From positions 79,034 to 143,033 of the forward strand of contig CAZIHL010000001.1 in the NCBI GenBank assembly GCA_964538815.1: a DNA stretch of 64,000 bases. Reading direction: 5' to 3'. A program made the position numbers and the translations under genes. Of the stretch, positions 30,212 to 38,954 are shown one piece after another. The notes under the pieces were generated by a model. That model saw only the letters and a program-made list of their open reading frames with translations, ran no database searches and was not told where the DNA came from. How positions within the stretch are numbered: the first letter of the stretch is position 1; every line of letters starts with the position of its first letter. The stretch is from an uncultured Candidatus Saccharibacteria bacterium (lineage in GTDB: Bacteria; Patescibacteriota; Minisyncoccia; Phycocordibacterales; UBA5272).

Positions 30212-31231
30212 ATGGCATCAGAATTTTTAGATGAAGAAATTTTAAATACAAACAATTCAGAAATTTTTTCATGTAAAATTTTAAAAGAAGACTTTCATAA
30301 ATTTAAATTACTTTCTTCACTTCTAGAAATTCGTGATACTCCAAATTTTTTAAATATTAAAGTAAAAGATGAACAAGTTTTGCAAAACTTTTTAAATAAA
30401 AATTTTGCAGGTGATGATTATAAAGTTCTCACAATAGTTGGTAGTCGTAAAAATTCTACTTATGGTAAGGAGGTTTTAAATTATTTATCAAGATCTCTCA
30501 AAGGGCAAAATATTATAATTGTTTCTGGGCTTGCGCTTGGTATAGATTCATTAGCACACAAAGTTGCACTTCAAAATAATTTTCCGACTATTTCTGTGCC
30601 TGGATCGGGACTTTCTAAAAAAGTAATTTATCCTGCAACAAATGTCAGACTTGCTGAAGAAATTTTAAATACAGGAAATATTCTTGTCTCAGAATATGAA
30701 GATGATCAAAAAAGTAAAATTTATTATTTCCCAGCAAGAAATAGAATAATGGCAGCGATATCTGACGCGGTATTAATAGTAGAAGCTGGTGAGAAAAGTG
30801 GAACATTAATCACAGCGAGACTTGCAATGGAATATGGTAAAAATGTTGGTGTAATTCCAAACACTATTTTTGCTGAAGCGTCAGTTGGGTCAAATAAATT
30901 AATTCAAGACGGAGCATCTCCAATTTTAAATGAATATGACTTGTTAGAACTTTTAAATATTAGTGTTGATAATCAATCAATAATGGATCTTGATTTTAAT
31001 TCTAAAGAAGGCAGAAATAAATTTGAAAAAGCTTTATCATTGCTCAGTATTAACGAAAGAAGTATTTTAGAAAAAATAATTCAAGAAGGAAATATTGAAA
31101 AAGAAGTTTTACTTTCTCAAATAGAAGAAGAGTTTAGTATTTCGTATACAGATATATTGGTAGCATTGATGAGTCTTGAAATAAATGGGTTTATAAAGGA
31201 AGAAATGGGGGAAATACGGATACTAAAATAA
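30212..31231 (+). CDS. dprA: DNA processing protein DprA/Smf
   Basis: Rossmann-like DprA core TIVGSRKNSTYG...VSGLALGIDSLAHKVAL...GTLITARLAMEYGKNV. Confidence 0.85.
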   Translation: MASEFLDEEILNTNNSEIFSCKILKEDFHKFKLLSSLLEIRDTPNFLNIKVKDEQVLQNFLNKNFAGDDYKVLTIVGSRKNSTYGKEVLNYLSRSLKGQNIIIVSGLALGIDSLAHKVALQNNFPTISVPGSGLSKKVIYPATNVRLAEEILNTGNILVSEYEDDQKSKIYYFPARNRIMAAISDAVLIVEAGEKSGTLITARLAMEYGKNVGVIPNTIFAEASVGSNKLIQDGASPILNEYDLLELLNISVDNQSIMDLDFNSKEGRNKFEKALSLLSINERSILEKIIQEGNIEKEVLLSQIEEEFSISYTDILVALMSLEINGFIKEEMGEIRILK

Positions 31232-31290
31232 AAAATATCAGTTTTTCTTTTGTGTTATACTAAATATAATATTATTTCTGTTTTTTATTT

Positions 31291-33279
31291 ATGCATAAAC
31301 TTATACATGGAAGAATAACTTTAACCAGCAAAGGAGATGGTTATGTTCGCCTTAGTGAAGATCATGAGAAGTTAGACCAAGCTTTTACCAAAGACGAATC
31401 TGTTTTTGTAGACCATGAACATTTAAATTGTGCTTTTCATGGAGATACTGTAGAAGTAGAAGTATTAGGCAAAAGAAAAAATGAAAAAACAGGTGAGGAC
31501 ATTTTTTACGGAAAAGTCTCAGAAATACTTGAAAGAGCAAAATATGCTCATGCGGGTAAACTAGAAGAAGATAACGGAATGTTTTTTTTGGTCCCAGATG
31601 ATAAAAAAACTTATACGGACTTTATAGTAAAAAAAGAAGATGCAAATGATGCACAAGCTGGAGATAAGGTCGTAGTAGAAATATCAAAATGGGATGATCA
31701 TAAAAAATCTCCATTTGCAAAAGTTGTGCAAGTGCTTGGAAAGCCGGGAGACAATAATGCAGAGATGTTAGCTTTCGCACTTGAGAGAGGGTTCTATAGT
31801 GATCACAAAGAAGAAGTAAAAGCAGAAGCTGAAGCAATTCATACGAGAGGTATTACAGAAGAAGATAAAAAAATAAATGAAAATGGTATTGACGGGAGAA
31901 GAGATTTTAGAGAGGTTCTAACTTTTACTATTGATCCAGCTGATGCAAAAGATTTTGACGATGCGATAAGTATTAGAAATTTAGATAATGGTAATTATGA
32001 AATAGGAATTCATATTGCTGATGTTTCTTATTATCTTAAAAAAGATATGAAAATGGACGATGAAGCTATTTATAGAGAGACAAGTGTTTATTTGGTAGAC
32101 AGAACAATTCCTATGCTTCCAGAAGTTCTTTCTAATGATCTTTGCTCACTTGTAGAAGGGAAAGATAGACTGGTTATGAGTGCAATATTTGAAATAGATG
32201 AAAAGGCTGAAGTGAAAGACGAATGGTATGGAAGAGGAATTATTTATTCAGATAAAAGATTTACTTACGAAGACGCACAGGAGATTATAGAAAATGGAGG
32301 ATTGTATGAAAAAGAATTAAAAATATTAAATTCTTTATCAAAAAAATTAGCTGACAGAAAAGAAGAAAACGGAGCACTTATAATAGAAACAGAAGAAGTT
32401 AAATTTAAACTCGATGAAAATGGTGTTCCAGTTGATGTGTATGTAAAAGAAAGAAAAGACGCCCATAAAATGATTGAAGAATTCATGTTGCTTGCCAATA
32501 GAAAAGTTTCTAAATTTATTTATGATGAAGAAAAAAATAATAATCAAGCAATAATTTCAGTTTACAGAATTCATGATAAACCAGATCCTGACAAAATGCA
32601 TGAGTTAGATTTATTTATTAGAAGTATTGGAGAAAGAGTAAAATTTATTGATGGGCTTATACCTTCAACAGAATTAAATAAACTTCTTGAAAAATTAAAA
32701 AAAGAAGGAAGAGAAGCTGAAAAAGATTTGCTTTCAATGCACATTTCAAGAAGTATGCAAAAGGCAGCTTATTCTACAAATAATGTAGGACATTATGGGC
32801 TTGCATTTCCATTTTATTCTCACTTTACTTCACCTATTAGAAGATATCCCGATGTAATGCTTCATAGAATTTTAATGAGAGTTTTAAAGAAAGATTGGAT
32901 TAAAGCTGAAGAAAAAGGATATTTTGATAGAATGTGCGCTTTAGCGAGTCGTCGTGAAAAAGAAGCGGCCGATGCTGAAAGGGGAAGCGTGAAATACAAA
33001 CAGGTTGAATATATGAGTTATAGAATAGGACAGACTTTTGATGGAGTTGTATCTGGAGTATCACAATGGGGAATATATGTAGAGGAAGCTAAAAGTAGAA
33101 GTGAAGGTATGATTAGGTTAAAAGATTTGGGTGAAGATTTTTATATTTACAATGAAAAGGATTCTTCAATTCGTGGTGAAAATGGAGGAGAACAATTTAG
33201 AATAGGAGATAGGATAAAAATAAAAGTTAAATCAACTAATCTTGATTTAAAACAGATAGATTATGAATTAGTTAAATAA
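31291..33279 (+). CDS. rnr: ribonuclease R (RNase II family, VacB)
   Basis: RNB catalytic motif FTIDPADAKDFDDAISI and C-terminal S1 domain. Confidence 0.9.
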   Translation: MHKLIHGRITLTSKGDGYVRLSEDHEKLDQAFTKDESVFVDHEHLNCAFHGDTVEVEVLGKRKNEKTGEDIFYGKVSEILERAKYAHAGKLEEDNGMFFLVPDDKKTYTDFIVKKEDANDAQAGDKVVVEISKWDDHKKSPFAKVVQVLGKPGDNNAEMLAFALERGFYSDHKEEVKAEAEAIHTRGITEEDKKINENGIDGRRDFREVLTFTIDPADAKDFDDAISIRNLDNGNYEIGIHIADVSYYLKKDMKMDDEAIYRETSVYLVDRTIPMLPEVLSNDLCSLVEGKDRLVMSAIFEIDEKAEVKDEWYGRGIIYSDKRFTYEDAQEIIENGGLYEKELKILNSLSKKLADRKEENGALIIETEEVKFKLDENGVPVDVYVKERKDAHKMIEEFMLLANRKVSKFIYDEEKNNNQAIISVYRIHDKPDPDKMHELDLFIRSIGERVKFIDGLIPSTELNKLLEKLKKEGREAEKDLLSMHISRSMQKAAYSTNNVGHYGLAFPFYSHFTSPIRRYPDVMLHRILMRVLKKDWIKAEEKGYFDRMCALASRREKEAADAERGSVKYKQVEYMSYRIGQTFDGVVSGVSQWGIYVEEAKSRSEGMIRLKDLGEDFYIYNEKDSSIRGENGGEQFRIGDRIKIKVKSTNLDLKQIDYELVK

Positions 33280-33360
33280 ATATTATATTTATAAAAGACT
33301 TTTCTTTTTTATAAAAATGTGCTATATTATTTGAATAAAAATTAAGACAAATATTTTATT

Positions 33361-33666
33361 ATGTTAAAAATCAGATTACAAAGACTAGGTAGAAAGAACG
33401 ACCCGCATTTTAAATTGATCGTTACTCCACAAACATATAAGCCAAAAACTCATAAATTTATTGAAGATTTAGGTTTTTATGATGTAAAAAGTGGTACATA
33501 CAAATTTAAAGGTGACAGGGTAAAATACTGGATAAGTGTAGGAGCAAAAGTAACTCCAACTGTTCATAATTTTCTTGTAGCAGAAAAAGTAATAGAAGGA
33601 AAGAAAATAAATGTTCTTCCAAAGAAAAGCGTTACAAGGCCAAAGAAAGAAATGAAGAAGAAGTAA
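33361..33666 (+). CDS. rpsP: 30S ribosomal protein S16
   Basis: MLKIRLQRLGRKNDPHFKLIV N-terminus. Confidence 0.9.
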   Translation: MLKIRLQRLGRKNDPHFKLIVTPQTYKPKTHKFIEDLGFYDVKSGTYKFKGDRVKYWISVGAKVTPTVHNFLVAEKVIEGKKINVLPKKSVTRPKKEMKKK

Positions 33667-33776
33667 TTTTTACTTTTTTCTAATTTAAAACTTAAAAGTG
33701 TTAATTAAAAAAGATCTGTGTATTTTTGTCGTGATATAATGTATTTGTTATTAAGATAATAATTTGAAAATAATAT

Positions 33777-34106
33777 ATGGTTAAAGATTCAGAATTTGTA
33801 GAATTCATCGTAAAGAGTTTAGTAGATAATCCAGGAGAAGTAAAAATCGATAGGAAAGTTGATGAAATGGGGGTGCTCATCACAGTAGATGTTGGAAAGG
33901 ATGATATGGGAAAAATTATTGGTCGCCAAGGTGCTACAGCAAAAGCAATCAGAACACTACTGCGAGTAGTTGGAATGAAAAATAATGCAAGAGTAAATCT
34001 TAAAATCAATGAGCCAGTAGAAATGCTTGGAGCACAATCAGGCGAAGGATATAGATCACACCTTGATGATGTAGACGCAGTAATGGATGGAATAAAAGGA
34101 ATTTAA
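33777..34106 (+). CDS. KH-domain RNA-binding protein (YlqC-like)
   Basis: GKIIGRQGATAKAIRTL KH GXXG motif and the conserved position between rpsP and trmD. Confidence 0.75.
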   Translation: MVKDSEFVEFIVKSLVDNPGEVKIDRKVDEMGVLITVDVGKDDMGKIIGRQGATAKAIRTLLRVVGMKNNARVNLKINEPVEMLGAQSGEGYRSHLDDVDAVMDGIKGI

Positions 34107-34117
34107 TAAATAAAATA

Positions 34118-34150
34118 AAAACCGCATAATATACAGCGGTTTTTATTTTT
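34118..34150 (+). terminator. intrinsic terminator
   Basis: aaccgc-ataatataca-gcggtt then T-run. Confidence 0.5.
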
Positions 34151-34172
34151 GGTATAATCTTAAATAATTTTT

Positions 34173-34919
34173 ATGAAATATTTTGTTATTACACTTTTTC
34201 CAAATATTATAGATTCCTATGTAAATGAGTCTATAATTGGTCGTGCACAAGAGGCTAAAACTATAAAAGTAAAATCATATCACTTGCGTGAATTCACAAA
34301 AGATAAACATCGTCGCACTGATGGAAAGCCTTTTGGTGGAGGTCCTGGAATGGTTTTATGGGTGGATCCTATTATAAATACTTTTGAAAAAATTTTAAAA
34401 GAAATAGATAAAGATAAGAAACAAAAAAATGATTCTGCAAAGAAAAATATTTTAATAGTGAATTTTGTCCCGTCGGCCCAAGTTTTTGATAATAATTTAG
34501 CAAAAGAATATTCTAAAAAATATAATTATATTATTTTTATTTGTGGGCGATATGAAGGAGTGGACGCTAGAGTAAATGATGTGGTAAAAGATATTCTCGC
34601 AAATAAAAAGAAAGAATTAAAAGAAAAAGGGATAATTTTGAATAGTAAAATTGAAAATATTTCTATTGGGAAATTTGTTTTGACTGGTGGCGAATTACCA
34701 GCACTTATTATGATTGATGCAATAAGTAGACAAATAAAAGGAGTTTTGCACGACAATGAAAGTATTGAAGAAAATAGAGTAGCGAGTTCTGAAGTGTATG
34801 CTCGCCCAGAAATATATGAAAAGAAAGTTGGCGGAAAAATAAAAAAGTATAAAGTGCCAGAAGTTTTGCTTTCAGGTCATCATGCAAAGATAGAAGAGTG
34901 GAGGAAAAATAAAAAATAA
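34173..34919 (+). CDS. trmD: tRNA (guanine37-N1)-methyltransferase
   Basis: SPOUT knot motifs ITLFPNII, CGRYEGVDAR and VLTGGELPAL. Confidence 0.9.
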   Translation: MKYFVITLFPNIIDSYVNESIIGRAQEAKTIKVKSYHLREFTKDKHRRTDGKPFGGGPGMVLWVDPIINTFEKILKEIDKDKKQKNDSAKKNILIVNFVPSAQVFDNNLAKEYSKKYNYIIFICGRYEGVDARVNDVVKDILANKKKELKEKGIILNSKIENISIGKFVLTGGELPALIMIDAISRQIKGVLHDNESIEENRVASSEVYARPEIYEKKVGGKIKKYKVPEVLLSGHHAKIEEWRKNKK

Positions 34920-35134
34920 TGTATATTAAAGTGAAAATCCAAACTGAATCTAAAAAAGAGTCTTTTGAAAAAGTAAAAGATGATACTTTTAATATTTCTG
35001 TGAAAGAAGAAGCTAGAAACGGCTGGGCAAATGAAAGAGTGATAGAGATTTTAAAAAAAGAATTAAATAAGAGAAATGTAAGATTGGTAGCAGGGCACAC
35101 GAGTCCAAGTAAAATATTTTCAATTGAAGATTAA
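34919..35134 (+). CDS. DUF167/YggU-family small protein
   Basis: Pattern G-W-AN..vIeiL...l......v.lvaGhTSpsKif.I typical of UPF0235. Start codon overlaps the trmD stop (ATAATG). Confidence 0.55.
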   Translation: MYIKVKIQTESKKESFEKVKDDTFNISVKEEARNGWANERVIEILKKELNKRNVRLVAGHTSPSKIFSIED

Positions 35135-35169
35135 CTGCTTTTTTGTTATAATTTTAAAAAATAAGTTAA

Positions 35170-35242
35170 GCCAATATAGCTCAGTTGGTAGAGCACATCC
35201 ATGGTAAGGATGAGGTCATCAGTTCGATCCTGATTATTGGCT
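35170..35242 (+). tRNA. tRNA-Thr(GGU)
   Basis: Acceptor GCCAATA/TATTGGC, anticodon stem CATCC/GGATG with loop ATGGTAA, T-loop TTCGATC. Confidence 0.85.
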
Positions 35243-35375
35243 CCAGTTTTGTAGAAAAAGACACAGAAGACCCAAGAGAGTGGGACGCGCTCCGCTCGGC
35301 AACCCCGAAAGAAAAATGTCTCTTGCTTTTTTGATTTGCGCAGGTTTTCGCTTCGGGATTTTTCGGCGGCGGCTA
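35241..35375. repeat. left arm of a 135-bp terminal inverted repeat (IR-L)
   Basis: Reverse complement of 38331..38466 with only about 4 mismatches. Begins within the last nucleotides of the tRNA-Thr (ctccag). Confidence 0.85.
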
Positions 35376-35404
35376 TGGACAAAAACGACTAAAACTGCTA
35401 AAAT
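35376..35404 (+). promoter_or_regulatory. putative sigma70 promoter TGGACA-N17-TAAAAT giving a near-leaderless transcript
   Basis: Hexamers and spacing read directly from the sequence. The ATG at 35414 lies about 3-5 nt from the predicted TSS. Confidence 0.45.
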
Positions 35405-35413
35405 TCATTTCAT

Positions 35414-38323
35414 ATGGAGAAGCCACATTTTGAAGCACGATTTGGACAAACAAAGAAGACGCTTGAATCTTCGCGAGCGGAAATAAATGAGTTTTTGAAA
35501 CAAGAAACTCTCGACGAACGAGATAGAGTTCGCCTCACTCGTGTTTTGCAATTAGTAGAACGCTATCAACCGGAACGAGAAGTTGAAGAACCAAAAGTTA
35601 ATAAGTGGCGAAGCTATCTCGAAAGCGTGTATCGTTTTTTACCGAGTCGAAAAAAAACGCAAAAACCAATTGAAAATATTTCCGCTCGCTCATATCTACT
35701 TGCTGAAAAAACAATCGCTTCACTTCGGGAACTTCAACATGTAGATTTCCAACTTGAACAAGAAAGTGGATTTTCTGAAGAAGAAGTTTTAAATCAAGAA
35801 CGACCGAGTAAAGTTGAAAGAGAGGAAACATTAGACACTTCTCTTACACTTGAATACGAAAAGAAAAATTGGGGTGTAGAACGAGTTTGTCTTGATGGTG
35901 TGCAAAATCACTTGCCATCAGACTCAAAAGGTGAGCATGTTTGGGTAAGATGTTTAGTTGGTGGCAAGTGGGTTTCTTTGACAGAAGCAAAAGACAAAAA
36001 AGATCAAATAGAAGCGGTGAGATTTGCAGACGATGGCGTTGGTTTTGATGTAAAAAATCTAGTACTTTTATATTCCACAAAAGCGGAGGAAAAAGAATCT
36101 CGCGGACAATTTGGAGAAGGTATGAAAATGATGGCCGCCGCGGCTCTGCGGGAGGGCTTGGAGCCGGAAATGGAATCTCAAGACTGGCGCGCAAAGCCAA
36201 CACCAAAAGAAGTAGAGGTTTTTGATACACGACATCAAAAAGAACGAGTTATTCAACAACTCTCGTTTAAAGTTGACTATTTAGCTGGCGAGCCAATGAT
36301 TGGTTCTCGCACTACTTTTCATAAGCCAACCGAAGCGTTTGTTGACGAGTTAATGCAAATTGAAAAGAAAGTTTTGGCTTTGCGCGAAAATTATCGTCCC
36401 GTTTTTGTGGGAAGTACGGGCGAAATTGTAGATCGTGAATCAGGAAGTCTATTTGTAAAAGGAATTTATGTTAGAGGTAAGAAAACTTTGTTTTCTTACA
36501 ACTTTGAAGATGTTGAAACAAACCGAGATCGCAACAGAATTGTTTCAGAAGGTTTAGAAAGAAGAATTGCAAAAATAGTTCAAGAAATTTCCGATAAACG
36601 ATTGGTTAAAACAATGCTTCAAAAAAGTATTGTGGAACCGGACGCAGTTGAAAGTTCTTTTTATGATCTAAGAGCCGAACATCCAACAGTATGGATTGAG
36701 GGATTTTATGAAGCATTTGGAAAAGATGCAGTTCTGGATACAGGTTTCAAAATCCCCGATACTTTCAAAGATAAGCCGTTGAACAAAGTTAAAGTGCCGT
36801 CTGGCATGCAGAGTTTGCTTTTGCGAGCGGGAGTAAAGACCGACCAAGAGGTCACACCTGATTTTTGGGAGGAAACAATCCCGACTTCCTTAACTCTTGA
36901 ATACGGAAAAGATATTTGGAATGAGGAAAGAATTTTACTTGACGCGGTGCAAAATCATTTACCGCACGATTCCGGCGGTTTAAATATCGGTTTGCGTTTC
37001 AAAACTAAAGATGGCAAGTGGCACTCATTTAGAGATTTACCAGATATTAAAGACGAAGAGGTAGAGTCCGTAAAAATTTATGATGATGGACGCGGATATG
37101 ACTCTCGTTTGCTCGGTTTTTTCTACTCTACAAAAGGAGAGGGTGAAAGCACCGGAAAATTTGGCGAGGGTTTGAAAATGTTGTGCATAGCTTCACTACG
37201 CAAGGGTATTGATATGACTTTGCGTTCTCAAAATTGGTCATCGAAACCGAGAGCGTTACGACAAGAAGTTGATGGAAAGCAAATTGATCAGCTTGTTTTT
37301 GATGTAATTCACGCTGTTAAAAAACAAGAAATGGACGATGATGAGGGGCTTTATCAAAGCAGTTCAACTACATTTTCAAACCCGACGCCGGAATTATTGC
37401 AAGAATTTCGCCAAATTAACAAAAAAGTTCTCGCAATAGAAAGAGCAAAACCAGTAGAAAGAACTTCAAATGGAGATGTACTTTCGCTTGATGGAGGAAT
37501 GGTTTATGTGCGAGAACTTTTGATTCCAGGAGACCACAATTTGCTTTTCACTTATCATTTGCCGAGATTGGAAATTAAAAATCGAGACCGAAGTTTTGTT
37601 GACCAACAAGAACTTACTCCGGCTATCGCAGGGGTATGGTCGGAGACCGAAAATCCTGAAGTTATCAAAAGTTTTCTTTTCAAAGCAAATTTGGAAGCGC
37701 AAAAAGGTGGCGGAAAAGATAAGGTCGAATTTTCGATGGATTTTACCCCCAAAGATACTGAAAACTGGAAAAAGATTTTCGAGGAAGTTTTTGGAAAAGA
37801 TACCGCTATTCGCGATATGCGCTCGGAAGATTTTGACGCTATGCAACAAAATATGCATGTCGGTTTGGAACTTGTATCTTTTCCAAGCGCAACATATCAA
37901 GTTTTGAAAAGACTTGGATTGCCAACATATGAATCTCGTTTATCTGAAATGACCGATGTGGAGCATATTCCTAACGAAGAGCTAACAGCAGAAGAAAAAG
38001 CGTTATTGGAGGTTTTAACAGCGATTGATGAATATTTACCGAACAATAGGCCGTCTGAGATTAAAGTCTATAAGCGCAAAACAGATGGTCAAAAAGTTGC
38101 AGCTGGTTTTGCTGATGGTGTAAATATTCATCTTTTGCGCGAAATTCTATCTGATTTTACTCACGCGGCAGATGTGTATGTTCACGAGAAAACGCATCAT
38201 AATACCGGTGGCGCACAAGACGCAAGTTCAGATTTCAGAAATTACCTAAGTTTTGCGCTGGGCAAGATGGCGTTAGATCAATTGAAAAAAGTTCGACCAG
38301 ATTTAGTAAAGACAGAGAGTTAA
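35414..38323 (+). CDS. 969-aa protein with two tandem GHKL (Bergerat-fold) ATPase modules and a C-terminal HExxH motif
   Basis: A duplicated module of about 350 aa. Each copy has an N-box-like LD[GA]VQNHLP.D, a G1 box DDG[VR]G[FY]D and a G2 box G[QK]FGEG[ML]K (Hsp90/MORC-like). C-terminal VYVHEKTHH. Foreign codon usage (CGN arginine, higher GC). Confidence 0.7.
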   Translation: MEKPHFEARFGQTKKTLESSRAEINEFLKQETLDERDRVRLTRVLQLVERYQPEREVEEPKVNKWRSYLESVYRFLPSRKKTQKPIENISARSYLLAEKTIASLRELQHVDFQLEQESGFSEEEVLNQERPSKVEREETLDTSLTLEYEKKNWGVERVCLDGVQNHLPSDSKGEHVWVRCLVGGKWVSLTEAKDKKDQIEAVRFADDGVGFDVKNLVLLYSTKAEEKESRGQFGEGMKMMAAAALREGLEPEMESQDWRAKPTPKEVEVFDTRHQKERVIQQLSFKVDYLAGEPMIGSRTTFHKPTEAFVDELMQIEKKVLALRENYRPVFVGSTGEIVDRESGSLFVKGIYVRGKKTLFSYNFEDVETNRDRNRIVSEGLERRIAKIVQEISDKRLVKTMLQKSIVEPDAVESSFYDLRAEHPTVWIEGFYEAFGKDAVLDTGFKIPDTFKDKPLNKVKVPSGMQSLLLRAGVKTDQEVTPDFWEETIPTSLTLEYGKDIWNEERILLDAVQNHLPHDSGGLNIGLRFKTKDGKWHSFRDLPDIKDEEVESVKIYDDGRGYDSRLLGFFYSTKGEGESTGKFGEGLKMLCIASLRKGIDMTLRSQNWSSKPRALRQEVDGKQIDQLVFDVIHAVKKQEMDDDEGLYQSSSTTFSNPTPELLQEFRQINKKVLAIERAKPVERTSNGDVLSLDGGMVYVRELLIPGDHNLLFTYHLPRLEIKNRDRSFVDQQELTPAIAGVWSETENPEVIKSFLFKANLEAQKGGGKDKVEFSMDFTPKDTENWKKIFEEVFGKDTAIRDMRSEDFDAMQQNMHVGLELVSFPSATYQVLKRLGLPTYESRLSEMTDVEHIPNEELTAEEKALLEVLTAIDEYLPNNRPSEIKVYKRKTDGQKVAAGFADGVNIHLLREILSDFTHAADVYVHEKTHHNTGGAQDASSDFRNYLSFALGKMALDQLKKVRPDLVKTES

Positions 38324-38330
38324 TTTCTTG

Positions 38331-38466
38331 ATAGCCGTCGCCGAAAAATCCCGAAGCGAAAGCCCGCGTAAATCAAAAAAGCAAGAGACATTTTTCTTTC
38401 GGGGTTGCCGAGCGGAGCGCGTCCCACTCTCTTGGGTCTTCTGTGTCTTTTTCTACAAAACTGGAG
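38331..38466. repeat. right arm of the 135-bp terminal inverted repeat (IR-R)
   Basis: Reverse complement of IR-L. Ends with ctggag (revcomp ctccag). Confidence 0.85.
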
Positions 38467-38530
38467 TGTCTTTATGACTTCGCTCGAACTTACTTTATCA
38501 AAAATTCCTAATGAATCCAAATGCGGACTC

Positions 38531-38574
38531 GGTTTTGCCAAACTATTTTTCTGGGGAAAAGGATTGGCAAAACC
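38531..38574 (+). other. stable hairpin (11-bp stem ggttttgccaa/ttggcaaaacc, 22-nt loop)
   Basis: Perfect complementarity seen directly. Followed by a GC-rich segment and a T8 run at 38636..38643, possibly a terminator for read-through from the 969-aa gene. Confidence 0.4.
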
Positions 38575-38705
38575 TCGGCTGTTTTCCCGCCCGCAGGAGG
38601 GGTCTGGGGAGGAATCCGCATGGGCTGGGCTTCCGTTTTTTTTGTGGCTAAAATGGCTTAAAAACAAAGGTTTTTTAGAGTTAAACTAGGTTATAGCGAT
38701 TTGGC

Positions 38706-38734
38706 TTGACAAAATAGACTAGATATGCTATACT
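38706..38734 (+). promoter_or_regulatory. consensus sigma70 promoter TTGACA-N17-TATACT
   Basis: Perfect -35 hexamer, 17-nt spacer, near-consensus -10. Predicted TSS about 38741. Confidence 0.6.
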
Positions 38735-38954
38735 TAACGCATAATTTGAGGCGGTAAAAATACTCCTTAAATTATGTAAATTGTTCTTTGATAAGCGAGA
38801 TTAGTGAAAATTTCTTTTGCTCTACTACTTCGTGAGTAGCATAGTATGTATCTCAATTTGAGGTATCTAGTGTGCTACTCATGTTGAGGAGCCCTTGATG
38901 CGAGGAACGTATCATTAAAAAAAAATTTTTGATATGATATTATGGTCTAACGAG

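Noticed and set aside
35280-35486. Small ORFs inside the inverted repeats (35280..35486 +, 38320..38667 -, 38405..38689 +) encoding mirrored peptides (…GRAPLGNPERKMSLAFLI…)
   Set aside because: Identical peptides appear on opposite strands only because the DNA is an inverted repeat, so they are most likely non-coding.
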